Origin: Stegostoma tigrinum
Lineage: Eukaryota
DNA: 64,000 bases
Direction: 5' to 3'
Assembly (NCBI RefSeq): GCF_030684315.1
Contig: NC_081354.1
Span: 72,367,222-72,431,221 of the forward strand
A program made the position numbers and the translations under genes. Numbering within the stretch: position 1 is the stretch's first letter; every line of letters starts with the position of its first letter. This document shows positions 10,771 through 25,528 of the stretch, piece by piece. The notes under the pieces are model-generated. The model was not told the origin of the DNA. It worked only from the letters and a program-made list of their open reading frames with translations, and searched no databases.

Positions 10771-13700
10771 GCTACTCAGCATGTTTGGTGCCATGGATAC
10801 TGTTGGCTCTGCTGCTTATTTCCAACATTTGCTGTTTTAAGTTCTCCGGCAGAATCATTGCATTTTGTTTTTGGATGTACTGGTCAGGGATATTGTTAAG
10901 TTGAGCAATAAATGTTTAAAATCACAGCCACTTCAAAATTAACAAGTAACCTAAAAAGCCATGTTTAATAGGTTTCTCACAGAAGTGAACAAGTGTCACA
11001 AAAAACTTTCATGAATAAAACATATTTGGTTTAGCACTTAATTGGAAAACAGCTGGTTCTAGTCGAGGTACAAATATAATAATGTCAGCATTCAGGAAAT
11101 CTATGCACAAACATTTTCAGCACAATGCTTGTATACATCTCTATATGGCTTTGATCTGATATAGATTATAATTTTTGAATTTTGGGGAGCAGGGAGAAGA
11201 AAATAAAATGGTAAGTTTTATGACCTACTCATAGTGGTGATAAGGTAATGTTGGATTCTGTTTTATCTTCCAGATTCACAGTAGGTTTTTTAAAAATTCT
11301 ATAAATTTGCAAGTTGCAAATTATTTTCTTTTCCACATCTGAATTTTTAAAAATTTTGTAAGATGCCTTTCCTTTCATTTTAGCTGACTTTTTGTTATCT
11401 GATTATAGTATAAATTGTATTCAAAATTAGATGCCTATTTAATGCATAAATTAGGATGAAATATTTTTCAGAATAAACACAGTAACAATGTATAAGCTTA
11501 TGGAACATTATTGCAAAATTAATACAGTTATACTACTATTCATATTTTATCTTATTTTAACAGTTTAAAAAATGCAAGCAAAAAGGATATGTGAAACTAA
11601 TTCGCAATATGGTTTCAAGTCAGACTGGTGTCTGGCTGGCAGGGGAATTTGCAGATGGTCATGCACCCATGTACACTCCAGCCTGTAAAATTAATGCAGG
11701 ATCTGTTGAAAATTTGACCTTAAGAAAGCTTAGTTTCAATAAAATCTTATTGAGACACACAAAGTGAGAACCAAGACAAGTAAGTTAGAGTAATTAATTC
11801 AAGTGAACTCAAGTACAGAAACAGGAATAAAACAACAAAAAGAAATATAGAATTAAGAGGATGAGAGTCTTTTTAAAAAGGCAGAAAGAAAATGTTTAAA
11901 GAAATAAAAAGAAAGAAGTTAATTCTTAATACCATTTTGGACGTAGTTAAGATTTACCTCCCAATAAATATTTATATAGATAATGGATAAACCCAACATT
12001 TTCCTGGTGTGCTTTGTGGGAAATTATCATATGAGTGCCAAAGCGTTGTATTGTTTTACGGTATTAAGTTCAGAGTCTCTCAGAGACATATAATTTTAAT
12101 GCAGCTTCTAAGGTGCAGGATAATGCAGGCAGCAACTTCCTGATTTCCATAATTAAGTGTGAAAGTACAGTCAGTCGAAGTAGCTCTCCAAATTGTACTT
12201 TAATCATAGTAAACAGTGTTAGCCTCACAGCTATTTTTACAACTGAATCTAGCCACCGCCTTGTAGCTAAAGATTTCCTTTAGATTGCAAAGGGTTAAAA
12301 TGATTTATCTCAGCAGTCACTTTGATTTCAAGGAAATGTGCAAATGTTTTTCTCTAATCCTCAGATCCTAGTTTATATTAGCTAATTTAGGAAGCACATG
12401 TACCTGAATCATTACATTTTAACATATAAGCAAGTGTAAAATTATAGACTGAGACTGAACACTTGATTTTGGTTAAAAATATGGTTGCATTTATGTGTTC
12501 TTAGCATGAAATTTGTGGGAAACACACTTGGTGTGGAGGTCATTGGCAAAGGTACAATACAGTTACACCCTGTGACCAGCCCATTTTACAAACAGATATT
12601 ATTGCATACCAGTTTTTCTCTTGAGAGCATTTTGTACCCTAGCTTTAAATTTCATAACTATCTCAGTTTTGAATCTTAGAAAAGAACCATTTCTGTATTA
12701 TCACAGTATGATGTTTCACTGAATTTAAGAATGAATAATGTAGCACAGCAAATTGATTTAGTTTTGTTTTTATGATGTAAATTAATTTAAGCTTGCTTTG
12801 TCTTACATGTTTAGGTGTACAATCTTCATTTAATTCACCATTGTTTTAGTAGTTTTCTAAATGTACTAAAAATTTACAAATGCAATAAACACGATTGATT
12901 TGATAATGTTCCCCAATATGATTAACAAATATGTTACCAAAATTCTTGTCTCTATTTAAATAATATCATTTTGGTGAGAATAATCTTGTAAATTATATTT
13001 AAATATCCATCTGTTTTAGGAAGATACTTCACATAACTTGCTCAGTCATTTATATTGGACACGTGCATACTTCTAAAAATATTTAAGTAAGATGTTGTGA
13101 CCACAAAATTGACTCCAAAGCACTGATGGAATACTTGAGCAGCCGAGAGCTCCGAATAGCAAGTGCAGTGACACTGACCACTTCTGGTGTGGATTGTATG
13201 TTGTCCTTTTTGGAGAGGTTCTAGAAAATGCAGCATATAGGCGTGCTATACGTGCCCTAAAACAAACACAGCTTGTTGTCAGACTGCCTCACAGGCTGAT
13301 TGGCGTATGTTCTGCAAACTTGGACTGCAGAGGCCCAGCTAACGCCCTCTCCTAATCACTCTCAGCTGTAAATGCATTCAGCTGCATGAGCAAGCTCTAC
13401 CTCTCAGTCCCCAATAAGAGCATTTAAAGGGATAGCCATCCGAATCCATGTTGGGGTACTTTTGATTTTAATTTGGCTTCTGCAGAGTCTCTGCATGGTT
13501 GTAGTGTGCTGTTGGAGAAGTTTTGGTGATTTGCTGACTTTGGAAGAACATTTCTGGACCAGAGAACCAGTGATTTGTTCACAGAAAAGCTAGAGGATAT
13601 AGACTGGAATTCTGTCGTTAATTGTTGACAAATTATTGGAGTTGGGGGTCCGTAAGATTGGGTGATATGGCAATAGAACTGTAGCTGTCAACCCATCCAT

Positions 13701-14234
13701 CAACACCACTCTCCCCTCCCCTTCTCTATCTCCACAACCACCCCCCCCCCATCAACCTCTTTGACTTTAACAGTAGCATGGAGTGATTTTGGATGGCTCA
13801 TTCATTCATTGGCCATTGAGCTCATTACACAGTTAATTGACGGCTAGCCTTTTTGCCTGCCAACTGGTCGTAGTGAGACCCAGGTTATATTTTTGACCAA
13901 ACTTTGGCTTCTTTTTCTTCAGGGAGTGCATTCTGTCCTATCAGTGGTTATTGCTTCCAGTGGTACTGCTGGGATAAGACAGCTTCCAGCCATTTAAGGT
14001 CTGCAGTTCTGTGGGGTTAGACTGCTCCCTCCCTATTGGGTATCCTGATAGCAACTGTTATATGGCTGCAGACCGGACCAACCAAGCTGATGCAGGCTTG
14101 TCACTGATTTTTACACTGGAGGATGGAGAACCTGCCCCTTGGTGTAAAACTCAGCTAATGCTTTCTCTTGGTCTGAGAAGTCACTATAGTTTTGCTAAAG
14201 AGAAAATTCTGCTTCATAAAATTCAGTTTTTTTT

Positions 14235-14625
14235 TTGAAGATCGAATTATTGGATTGACAAAGGAGAGCCAGTTGCTATATGTCTTTGAATCTCCAAACA
14301 AAAGGTTTATATTGCAAGATTAGGAATCATAGAGCTGGTTATAATGTATTAGCATGGACAGTTGATTGTTAAACAGGTTGGAAGCAGAAAGTAAGGATAA
14401 GTGGGTAATTTTCATGTTTTTTCATTGTAATTAGTGAAATGTACTAGGTCCTCATTTATTTACAATCTATGTTAATGATTTAGATGAAAAAATTTGTATA
14501 GTGAATCGAGATTTTCTGACAATACAAAGGTAATTGGGAATATAAAGTGAGAGCAGGAAATGAAATAGCAGCAAAGTAATATAGACCAGTTTACTGATTG
14601 AGCAACAAGATAGCATTGGAGTACA
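14235..14625 (+). mobile_element. Highly decayed CR1 RT fragment
   Basis: Relics of D.G.PVD, RKQKV.ISG and IYVNDLD (atctatgttaatgatttagat) motifs. Confidence 0.6.
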
Positions 14626-16984
14626 ACACTGAATTTACTTTCAGCTGCAGGGGTGGTAATACAGGTAGACAAGCTAGAGTTTACCAATACTGGCCGACAT
14701 GGCAGTTTGCCGGTATGTTCCAGCCTCTGGATTATTTTGGATCAGGCTGTGGTGCAGCAAAGTAACAGCTGTCTGTTTGAAAGTGACAGTTAACCATTTT
14801 AACCAACTGAAAAGCCAAGAAAGCCAAAGTCCTTTACAAAGACTGGAATTTTCTAGTTGGCACTTCTGAGGGTATTAACCAGCCTTAAATGAAGATAGCC
14901 TTCCAGTGATAGATCAGAGTCACTGCTCTCTTAGTAAGATTAAACTCATTGTCCTGCTGTCGTCATTATCATTGTGCTACATACAGGCTGCACATTTTGA
15001 AATTTCCTTCTTCACAAAGATGTTCTGGCAGCTGCAGCCAATTTTTAGCACACTATTTTGAAGTTTTTCAGAGGACCTCTCCATCCTGACGGTTCATATC
15101 TTTCCCATTCCTACATTAGTAACCCCCATGTCTAAATGTGTCTAGGATCATTGAGTGTTGGATAGCCTCCTCCTATTGGCCATCCAACTTCAAAAGCCTA
15201 CTTTCCTTCCTTAGTTGAATGTGACTCCCAAGTGTGGCAACTGAATTCTCCTTACAAATACCACCCCCCCCCCCCCCCCCCCAAACCCCGGCCCCAGAAT
15301 CAAGACATGTGGATTGCTAAGCCACACTTCCTCTAAATGTAGGGTTGGAATATGAGGATGTTAATTGCCTTTTGTAGACAGGACATGCGTGGGAAATTTT
15401 CCTCATTGCCTGGTAGTTGCGGTGTTTGTAGCTGTACTTAGAAGAGTTTGGCAGCTTGTTCCTGCGCATGGGTCTTCAGTGCAATTGCCAGAGTATTATC
15501 AGGGCCCACTGCTTTGAGTCAAATTATTGATATTGTTATCACTTCAGCTGATGTTATGATGGACAAGTCAAATCACGGATTGAAATCTGTCTTGATACAT
15601 CATATTTTGTTTTTAACAAGGTAGTCTTTCACTGAAACACAAGCACACAATGCTGCAGATTTGGTTTTAACAAAAAAAAAGTTGATTACACAAAAGAGAT
15701 GTAGATAACATAATAAACCAAACTATTTATATATAGCACAAGTTTAAAGGTTTTGAATCATGAAGCAAAGTATAATTAAGTTAATCCCAATGATACAGGC
15801 TAAAGAAAATGACCTTCTGTGTCACCTCTATCGGGTTTAATTTAACTGTGGCTTCAATTGCCTACGTTAAGAATTTGAGTCTTCATACAACTGAGTTTAG
15901 ACTTTCTCAGCCTCAAGAAACCCTTAGGATTTTAACAAAACACTTCTAATCTGGAGTTTTCAAACGAAATTCCTTACTCTGTGGCAACCCATTTCTCAAC
16001 GATTTCAAATTGTCTTTCTTTTCGTGGAGCAACTATCTTATATATCCAGTTTCTGCCAAGATTTTTGCAAAACTGAAACCAAAAGGTCTTTTATTAAGGT
16101 GCGGGTATTTTCCCAAAGTCAAAAAAAGACAAGAACCTTCTAACTGAAGCCTAATGCACTACAGAGTTTATTTTGTTCAGTTCAAAACAAAAATCTCCAA
16201 ATTCAAACAAATTCCCATCAGTTTCCAAGAAGTATCTCTCTGATACTTGTTTCAAAAACTGCATGTCTACAGAAATACTTACAAAGCTAGTCAATAAACT
16301 CCTTCACGTACACAGACCAAACCCTCATGCTATGCATTCAAAATGCAACTCGGTTCAAATGTACATAAACCTGGGAGAAGGTTGAGATGTATCATCTAAT
16401 TAACAGTTCTGGTTGTAAATACTTAGCTTTGTCCTTTGCAGTGATGTGCTATGCTCACACTAGTTGATGATGGGGGACGTTTGTGGAGTTTCCGTCTCCT
16501 GTTAGTTGTTTCATATCCACCACCATTCATGATTGGACATGACAGGATTACTGAGCTTGCATCTGATCTGGTGATTGTGGAATCATTGACCCCGTCTATT
16601 GCACTCTGTTTCCACTGTTTGGCAGCAATTAGTCCTCTGTTGGCATTGTATCTTCACCAAATTTACACATCATTTTTTTATATGCCTTGTACTGATCTAG
16701 GCTTGCCCTTCTGCACTTTTCATTGAAGCTGGGAGATTAACCCAGGTCCTCTTTGATAAAGAGTGGGGAATATGTTGGGCCGTAAGATTACAGATTGTGT
16801 TTGTGTATAATTACGCTGCTGCTGATTGCCCACAGCACTTCTGAAAGTCTGGTGTTGTGTAGATAAATCATTTAGCAGGTTGTCCCATTTAGCATGGTGG
16901 TTGTGCCACACAACAAATAAGTGTGCTACATTTTTGAAGAAGTAATCAAACAAGGGAGTATTCAATGAATGATAGGATACTATG

Positions 16985-17845
16985 AAGCTCAGTAGATTAG
17001 AGGGATCTTGGGGTGTTTGTCCATCGATCCCTGAAGATAGTAGGGTAGGTAAATAGGTTCATTAAAAAGGCACATGGATCACTTGCCCTTATCAGTCAAG
17101 GCAGAAATTGAGAGCAGTGAGGTTATGTTGGAGCCGTACAGGGCTCTGGATAGGCCACAACTGGAGTAATGGGAATGATTTTAGTCGCTGCATTGTTGGA
17201 AGGATATAATTGCATTGGCGAAGATGCAGAGGAGATTCTCCAGGATGTTGCCTAGGATGGGGCACTTTAGCTATGAAGAGGGAACGGATATTGCTTCGGG
17301 TTTCCTTGGAGCAGAGAAGCTTGAGGGATGGGGTGCACGGTTGAGGTATATAAGATTATGAGAAGCACAGCAAGTCTGGCAGTATCCGAAGGTAATGTTT
17401 CGGGTTTGGTGACCCCTCGTTTCTCTTGTGGGTGACCGAAACTACATACAATACCTCAAATGTGGTCTAATTATGTTTTATACTGCAGTAATATGACATG
17501 CCAACTTTTATATTCAGTTCCCTGACCAATGAAGGCAAGCATTCTCTCTGCCTTCTTTACCCATATTATCTACATGTGTTGCCGCTTTCAGCGAGCTGTG
17601 GACTTGCACCGCAAGATTTGTGTGTGCATTAGTACTCCAAAGGGTCCTGCTATTTATTGTATACTTTTCTCTTGCATTTGACTTCCCAAAAGCATCACCT
17701 CAATTGTAAATCTTATTTCTGTGATTGATAGATTTTGGTTATCAAAGACATTAACAGTGTCAATATGGAGCAGGTGAGCCAGGTTTCATTGACTCATGGA
17801 ACAGACTTGAAGTGGCTATATAGCCAATTCCTATTCCATATTCCC
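16985..17845. mobile_element. Composite of CR1 fragments (+ ~16985-17362, - ~17435-17700, + 3' end ~17715-17845) with an old PLE-end relic at ~17365-17425
   Basis: agggatcttggggtg (RDLGV), aggccacaactggagta (RPQLE), tgcagaggagattctccaggatg (QRRFSRM) on +; accaatgaaggcaagc on -. Confidence 0.65.
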
Positions 17846-20800
17846 TTTAAACTGTCTGGATGTGCAGCCAGGCAGTTTGAAATGTAAATATACTGTGCAT
17901 GGAAAACTAGCATGGAAAAAAAGAGGAATGTTCTTTTCAAGGTAAATCATGCAGATTTGTGAGGCAGCATTACAGTAATTACTTACTGCAAAGGATTATG
18001 CATTGCAAAGTGAAATTAAAGGAAGTATTGCTGTTGTTTCCAGGTAAAAATGGTAAATTCCCAAATATCCTTTGAGATTTGCTTATTCAGTTCCCTTTGT
18101 TTTTCAGTTCTTGTCTTGTCACTCAAGTGTGATAAATCAGAACATATATCTGAACCTGATGGACAGGTCAACTTGGCGTACGCAATATCCCCCTTTCCCT
18201 GGCCCAAAAGTCATGTATTTACATATACTCAGCATTTAAGTCAAAATTCATATTTTAGCCTTGATTTTTTGTGTGGCAAATATGCGATATTCTTTAGGAG
18301 TTGATGGCCATGTAGATGTGTTCACAACATAACTGAACAGATTTATTAACCTCCAGCTTGTAACTGGCTGCAAAAGGGTCAAGCTGGTGTTCAGAGGCAG
18401 GTTGCAAAGAAGTAAGTGAGTTTAAGATACCCAAACTTTGTGTCAGATATCGATTAATTAATCCACATTCCTATTCCCATCTTGAATAGCGTAATTCTTT
18501 TATTCTACAAGATAGGAGTCTGTTCTGTAACTATCACTTTTTAGTATTATTACAGATAATTTATCTAGTGACTACTTCAGATGTTATTCATGTCTTTAGA
18601 TTTCAGTTTTTTTACAAAACAATTATTATAGCTTCATGACCTGTTTCCTTCATTATTTTAACAGCATGTCATATTTCCCCTTTTCTCTTTCTCTCTCATT
18701 CACTGTCTATTTGCTCCTAAAGGAATTGAACTTATTTGCAGTAGCAGTGACATGAGTAATTTGCCTCTGGACTGGAAGGTCTACGTTTGAGTCTCCCTTC
18801 AGGACTTGACGGCCATGGAGTAAGTGTTCATAACATAGTCAAACAGGTTAAATATCAACCTGAAATCTTTCCGATACACTCAGAACGATGGGAACAGTGA
18901 GGAAGGCTTCTGGTCTGCCATGCTTTATGTGGAGTGGTGCTCATTACACTGAAGTCTCAAGGCACAGGCTAGTGACCTGTTCCAAGAAGAAAAAACATTT
19001 AGCCATGAAAGCAAACATAAGCAGTAATAAAGTCAAGAACAGTTCAAATAAAGTGACAGTGTATTGGCCTCTGTGAAGTTATTTCAGTCAGTAGCTGTTC
19101 TTAATTGATCCAAACTTGAGAATATTTTTGATGGTTTCATTTTTGTGCATTTTCTGAATTTCTTCCCTGTTACTTTGTGTATCATTTGAGTGCTAGTACA
19201 TCACATAATTTTACAAATGATTTTTGACCTTTATTATCTCGAAGTGGATTCTATGAAATCTGTTTCTCCACCTCAATGTTTTATTTGTCTTCTAACTTGT
19301 TATTTCACTCTGTGATCACCCTTATGATATGTCTGAGGATTTAAAAAAGTTCACCTGAAGGAGTTACTTCAGTCTGCGATTGGGCAGTTGGGAATGTGTG
19401 CAGGAGCACATGGCAGTTGTCATTAAGCGCAGTTTTTTCATTATTCATTCTGGCTTGTATTGGTAGTGATTAATATGATTTTTGCTTCTAGGAAAACTTA
19501 AAATTATTGTTTGTATAGTGTACAGAATTGTAATAAATCTACTACATTAATTATACTTATACTGAAGATTTTTTAACAATAGATTGCTTAAGTCTTGCAT
19601 TTTGTCACAGCTCTTAAATGCGAATAAGAGTGTTGTGCAGGGAGTTAAATGGGGCATTAATCTGTTCTTTTCTCATCTGGATTTGGCAATCTCAATCTGG
19701 TCAATTCCTCTCTGAATAACTGAATGACTGGGCTTCAATTATATAATTTAGAGCCTGATCTGCTATTTTAACTGAAGAGCACTAAGAGTTTTCCTGACAA
19801 ACCAAAGGAGGACCAAGAAGATATGCTTTTGTATATATGCTAACGATTCTCTCGGGGAGGGAGTTTTATTTTGTATTTCTTCGGAGGGATATAGGCATCA
19901 GTGGCTAGACTAGCATTTATTACCAGCCTCTATTTGCCCTTGTGAAGGGGTTGGTCTTCAACTGCTGCAATTCACTGTTATACACACAATGCTGTTAGGA
20001 TGGTGTTCCAGGTTTTGACGTAGTGATTGTGAAGGAATCTTAATATAGTTCCAAGTCAGGTGTAGCTTGGAGGAGAACTTCCAGGTTGTGGTTTGACCTT
20101 GCATCTGTTGCCCTTATCCTTATAGGGTGTTGGAGATTGAGAGTTTGGAAAGTACTTTCAAATTAACATTGATGACTCCTTCGACCCAGCTTCATCTCAG
20201 GTTTCCGTTGCTCTTCAACAACTTGTGGCCTGTTGTCTCTTGATATTTTTCCACTGGTCAAGCAGCAAATTTCTGGTGAGGGGAAATCATTGCCAGGAGT
20301 GGAAATAACATCTGGGAGTTAACTTTTCCTTGGGCCTCAACCTATGAACTTCTTATTTACTCAGGATCCTCCCATAAGACAGTCCCATTCAGCAACAAAA
20401 ATCTGAGTCAATATCTGCATTGGTGTACATCCTAGCTCCTGGACTATGACTGATTTAGAAAGGGCTGAGCTGTAAAATTAATGTGATTGCCTAACAAGCC
20501 TATTTCAAGTCTGTTAATATAACTGCCAGGTTTTTGATCCTCAAATTTAAATGCAATTTGAATTTAATATAGTTCATTCTGAACCTAGGGTTTAAATCTG
20601 ATAAAAAGAAAATTCTGAAGGCGTGAGGGGCAAATGAGCTATGATTGTGAAAATAATAAATTTGATTGTAGACAGGAAATGGCTCGTATTTAATGGAAGT
20701 GTGAATGGTCTGTCAAAGATTGACATTCCTCTAAGGCAAAATACGTAAAGGGAAAGACAAACGAGCATGGTTAGCAAAATAATTTAAAAACAAATTAAAG

Positions 20801-21149
20801 TAGGGAAACTGCCTTATAAGGATACCAGAAAAAGAGCAAAACCTGAGGATTAGAACCCAATAAAGACAACAACATAAGAAATTGGAGTTGGAGTAGGCCA
20901 TTCGGATCCTTAACTCTGCCTCACCATTAAACATATCATTGGCTGATATGTCCCAGGTCTCCACTCTTTCATGTCAGCTCTGCATAGCTGATAAATCCCT
21001 GATATTTCAAAAATTCTACCTCTTCTGTTTGATTGTGTTAAGCTTCTCTGAACATCATTCTGTTTCTTCCTATATGTAATAAATAATTTTCAAAATGGAA
21101 ATTTGAATAACATTTATTAATTCAATTATTAAAACTCATTCAGGCTGGT

Positions 21150-23855
21150 AGGACCGGTCATATATGAAAAGTGCAACTCTGAGGAGTTCCTGGATGCTAT
21201 TGTGATCCATGGCAAACACATCTGCAGTAAGTGTTTGATGTTTGAGCTACTTCAGCTCAGAGACTGAAATACAGACACAATAACACATCAGTGAGGGGGC
21301 AAGCTACCTGGATTTTTTTGTACCAGGAGAAAGTCATGTCACATAGAATAGAGTCTTCAGATTTGGTTAGAGGTCAGAGTGACGCGTGTGAGACTGGTAA
21401 GGAGACCCAGAGTGCAGGAGCATCAACTAGTGCCATTATCCAATAGGTTTGACACTCTCTCAGTTTGTTTTGACAAGAGTGGATTCTGTAGGGTGGATGT
21501 ACAACTGACCATGACATCTTAGTACAGGAAACCAACCAAATAAGGGGAGTAACAAGGAATACAATAGCAGTATTACAGGATATATAGCAAGGGAAATTGA
21601 CACAATTCATTGCAGATAAAATGAAAATGTTCCAATAGTTGTGTTGCCAAATGCCTGGATTCAGCACAGGTACTCAAGGCTGGAAAAAGAATTTGCTGTA
21701 GGAGAGGGAGATCATTTGGTTGTGGTCCATTTAGGTGCCAGTGATATAGATCTACTTTCCAAGTTCTACGTAGAGAGTATGATGAGTTGTGCAAGAAATT
21801 GGTAAACAGAACCTCAAAGGTTATAATCTCAGTATTATTAACTGAGAGGCGTACAACTTGATGTAAGATTGGAGAGGTGAATATACGGCTCACTCAAGAC
21901 TAGTGCAGTAAAGCGAGTTCAGTCCATGAACCGCTGGCACTGGTAATGGAGATAGTGAGAGCTGTATAATTGGAGCAGTTTGCACTTGAGTGTGCCGGAG
22001 CTTGGAAAAAAACATAACTAAGGAAGTAGAGAGGTTTTAAACTTATTAGTGGGAGCAGGGGCACAAATTTAGAAAGACGAGATATATCAAAGAGTAAAAT
22101 AGCCATGGTCCTACTTGACCATAGGGCTGCTCTCTCATTAGATGGAGAGAGATGACTAGTCGTGGTTTAACCAGAGAGTCACCATAATTCAGGCAAGAGG
22201 AGAAGTTGAAATGGTAAGTCCTTCATAGTAACCTAAGCTTGTGTGAGAATTGAACCATCACTCTGCATTGTAAACCAGCTGTCCAGAAAACTGAGTGAAT
22301 CAGAGTGTGGCTACAGATGACAGAGTGGATCCTGAATATTGAAGAATAAATGACATTCAAAAAGAGGAGGAAGAAGCTACCTAAAGGTGGAGGGATAGCA
22401 CTATTAATCAAGGATGGCATTGGTGCAATAGTTAGGAGATGATCTTGTATCCGAAGATTCGGATTTAAAATTGGTTTGGGATCTGACATACCTAATAATA
22501 ACATCAAGTGGAATCATGATGTCATAAAAGATGTGATAACTGGGAGGTAGCAAAGAATCGGGCAGAGTCAACTTGGAAGGATTTGTGGAAAGGAAGTCAC
22601 TTCTGAAAAATCTGCTGGGGTTATTTGAAAATGTTATCTGTAACATTGATAAAGGAGTAGTGAATTCTCAGAAGGCTTTTGATAGGGTCCTACACAGGAA
22701 TTTAGTAAACACAACTAAAGCATATGAGTTTGTGGAAAATATATTAATATTGATTGAGCATTGGTTAGTAGACAGAAAGCAGAGAGTTGGAATGAATAAA
22801 TCATTTGCATAAATGCTGGCTGTTACTAATGAGATGCCACAAGCATCAATGCTAGAGCCAGAGCTGGTTATCCAGATTTGCTGATGACACTAAACTGACA
22901 TGGAATGTAATGTATGAGGAGTGCACAAGGAGGCTTCATGAGCACTTTGATAGTTTCGAACAGGCAAATTCAATTATGAAAATGAACACAAAGTCAATCA
23001 CTTTGTCTAAAAAAAAGAATTATTTTTTAATGGTGAGATATTAGGAAGTGTGTATATCCAAAGGAACTTGTGCATGAGTTATGAATAGTTAGCATATAGT
23101 TGCAACTAGCAATTAGGAAGGAAAATGATATGTTAGCCTTCATAGCAAGGGTATTTGAATACAGGAACAAAGATGTCTTCTGCAGTTTTATACAGTTTGG
23201 GTGAGACTTCACGTGGAGAATTGTGCATGACCCCATTATCTAAGGAGGGATAGATTTTTTCATGAACTTTTTCAGACATAGTCTGACATTTCCCTGGAGT
23301 AGGTGGTACATGAAGCTAAACCTTTTTAGCCCAGAAGCTCCTAGGAAGGGTATACTCTGCAGTGGAGGGAACCAGTGTAGGTCCACCAGATTAATCTCTG
23401 ATGTAGCAGAGCTGTCCTGTGGAAAGAGATTGCACAGACTAGGTATTTATTCCCCATTGTTTCAAAGAATAAGAATGACCTCATTGAAACTTAAATGATT
23501 ATTACACGGCCTAAAAGGGTAGATGCAGATAAGATGTTTCATCTGGTTGGAGAATCTAAAACAAAATATAACCTCAGAATAAGAAGTAAGCTACTTAAGA
23601 TTGTTAAGGAATTTATACATTCGGTATTTGGTGAATCTTTGAAATTCTCAACCTAGAGGGTTCCAGCAGTTCAATCACTGAGCATGTTCATGACACAAAT
23701 CATTACATTTCTGTAGACTAATGGCATTAACAGATGTACAAATATTGCAGGAAGGTAACATTGACCTAGGTGATCAAGTATGATCTAGTTGAATGGTGGA
23801 GCTGGTTCAGTGGGCTGAATGGCCTACTCCTGTTCTTCTGTTCCCAATGTTTTAC
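21150..23855 (+). mobile_element. Long decayed CR1 element(s): ORF1 esterase relic, ORF2 relics and 3' UTR, with a probable SINE at ~22110-22300
   Basis: gtggtccatttaggtgccagtgatata (VVHLGASDI, SGNH-esterase-like ORF1); ORF 22573-22812 GFVERKSLLKNLL..KAFDRVLH..WLVDRKQRVG; tail gggctgaatggcctactcctg. Confidence 0.75.
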
Positions 23856-25245
23856 CAAGTACTAATCAGCATCTGCAATAACAAGTTGCTGGTCTGTTTT
23901 CCGTTGGTGTCTCTCCATAAGAGGCTACCGAAACTGGCTTTGAAAGATTTTCTATTTGAGAAGAAAATTCTTTCTTTCACTTAATGCACCTCCTACAGGC
24001 TGGCTCAAATTGGATTTTCGCTGCAGACTTATATGTTTGATCCGCATCTTTCCATTCATGTTATTAGCTACCACACACAGCTTCGTTCAATATATTAGAA
24101 AGAAAGTAGCAGTTAAATTGAAAACTTATTCAGAAAATGGCACCAGACCAAAAACGCTTTCTTTAACTTAACACTAAAATTATCTGTAAGAGGTAATGCA
24201 TTTGCTAAGTCTGAAGTGGAGTCTATAAAGCATTACATTGAAGTTTTTGGCAATGTTTTCATATTAACTACTGAACTGACTGCTGTCAATAGCATTTGTT
24301 AAAAGAGTTTACCAGTGATTATCACACACTCCATCATCTGAATTTATTACAAAAAGATAAATTATACATAAGCTTTCTTATGTTAATTTTTCTCTCGTAC
24401 TCATTTTTGTCACTTATGGCTTAGGTCTATATTTGGAGTGCAGCATGTTGTCTTAAAGTGCATTGGTAATGTTGAGTCATTTTTAAAACCCTTCCCTGAA
24501 TTGAGTAATTTATCTGACACAAATGGGGTTTAGGAACTCTTTGCTATTGAAGTTACAAGCACAGGTGCATTACCTCTGGTTTCAAATTTATTTGCATAAT
24601 AGCAGACAGCTAAATCGTATCTTTCAATGGTGACTGACAATGTGCATAATCAGAAAATTGTGTTTATGTCTTGATGTCAGCACTTCTTTTCTCCACAAAT
24701 TTCTAATTAAATTTCCTCAGCAAAGCCAATTAATACAGTTCTGAAAATCACTGGATTCAAAACATTAAGTCTCCTTTCTCTCCACAAATGTCGAGAGATC
24801 TGCTAAATTTCTTGATCCGTTACTGTTTTTTGTTTGTTTCAATTAACACAGTTGACTGGTTTAGGTTCATACATTGATTTACTCATATACATAACAAAGA
24901 GAGAGACATAATCTCAGTCTAAGGGGCCTTAGGTGAAATATTGGATACTAATTCCTTTCATACACTTATAAATCCATATTTTAGTTGAGTTGCAAATCAA
25001 ACTGACTTCCATAATTTAATAATTTTTATTTCTTGTATTATATAAAATATTAAAAACCTTTGCCTTCAATACAAATATAAAGTGCCTTTGTAATATGCGT
25101 TTAGAGAAACAAACACATTAGAAATCATTTTGCTTAAATTCTGCAAAACCTCCCATGCAATTTGCTTCAACACATGGAGAATCAACGGGATTTCGCCTTT
25201 TGCAGAGGGAAACGGAAGTTGGTTCCAGTTCTTTCCACAGATTTC

Positions 25246-25528
25246 CATAGAATCCCTACAGTGTGGAAATAGGCCCTTTGGCCTAACAAGACCACAACGA
25301 CCCTTGGAGCATCTAATCCAGAAGTATCCCACTATAACCCACCTCATCTCCACATCCATGGATAGTATGGGCGATTTAGCATGGCCAATCCACCTGGCCT
25401 GCACATCTGTTGGTTGTGCGAGGAAACAAGAGCATCCAAAAGAAACCCAAGCAGACACAGGGAGAATGTGCAAACTCCACACATAAAGTCTCCTGAGGGT
25501 GAATCGAAACCAGGCCGCTGGCGCCTGG
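25246..25528 (-). mobile_element. HE1-like V-SINE
   Basis: RC contains B-box-like ggtttcgattcacc, V-domain tgtggagtttgcacattctccctgtgtctgc and CR1-derived tail cactgtagggattctatg. Confidence 0.85.

Noticed and set aside
15264-15282. Poly-C run
   Set aside because: Simple homopolymer with no associated structure.
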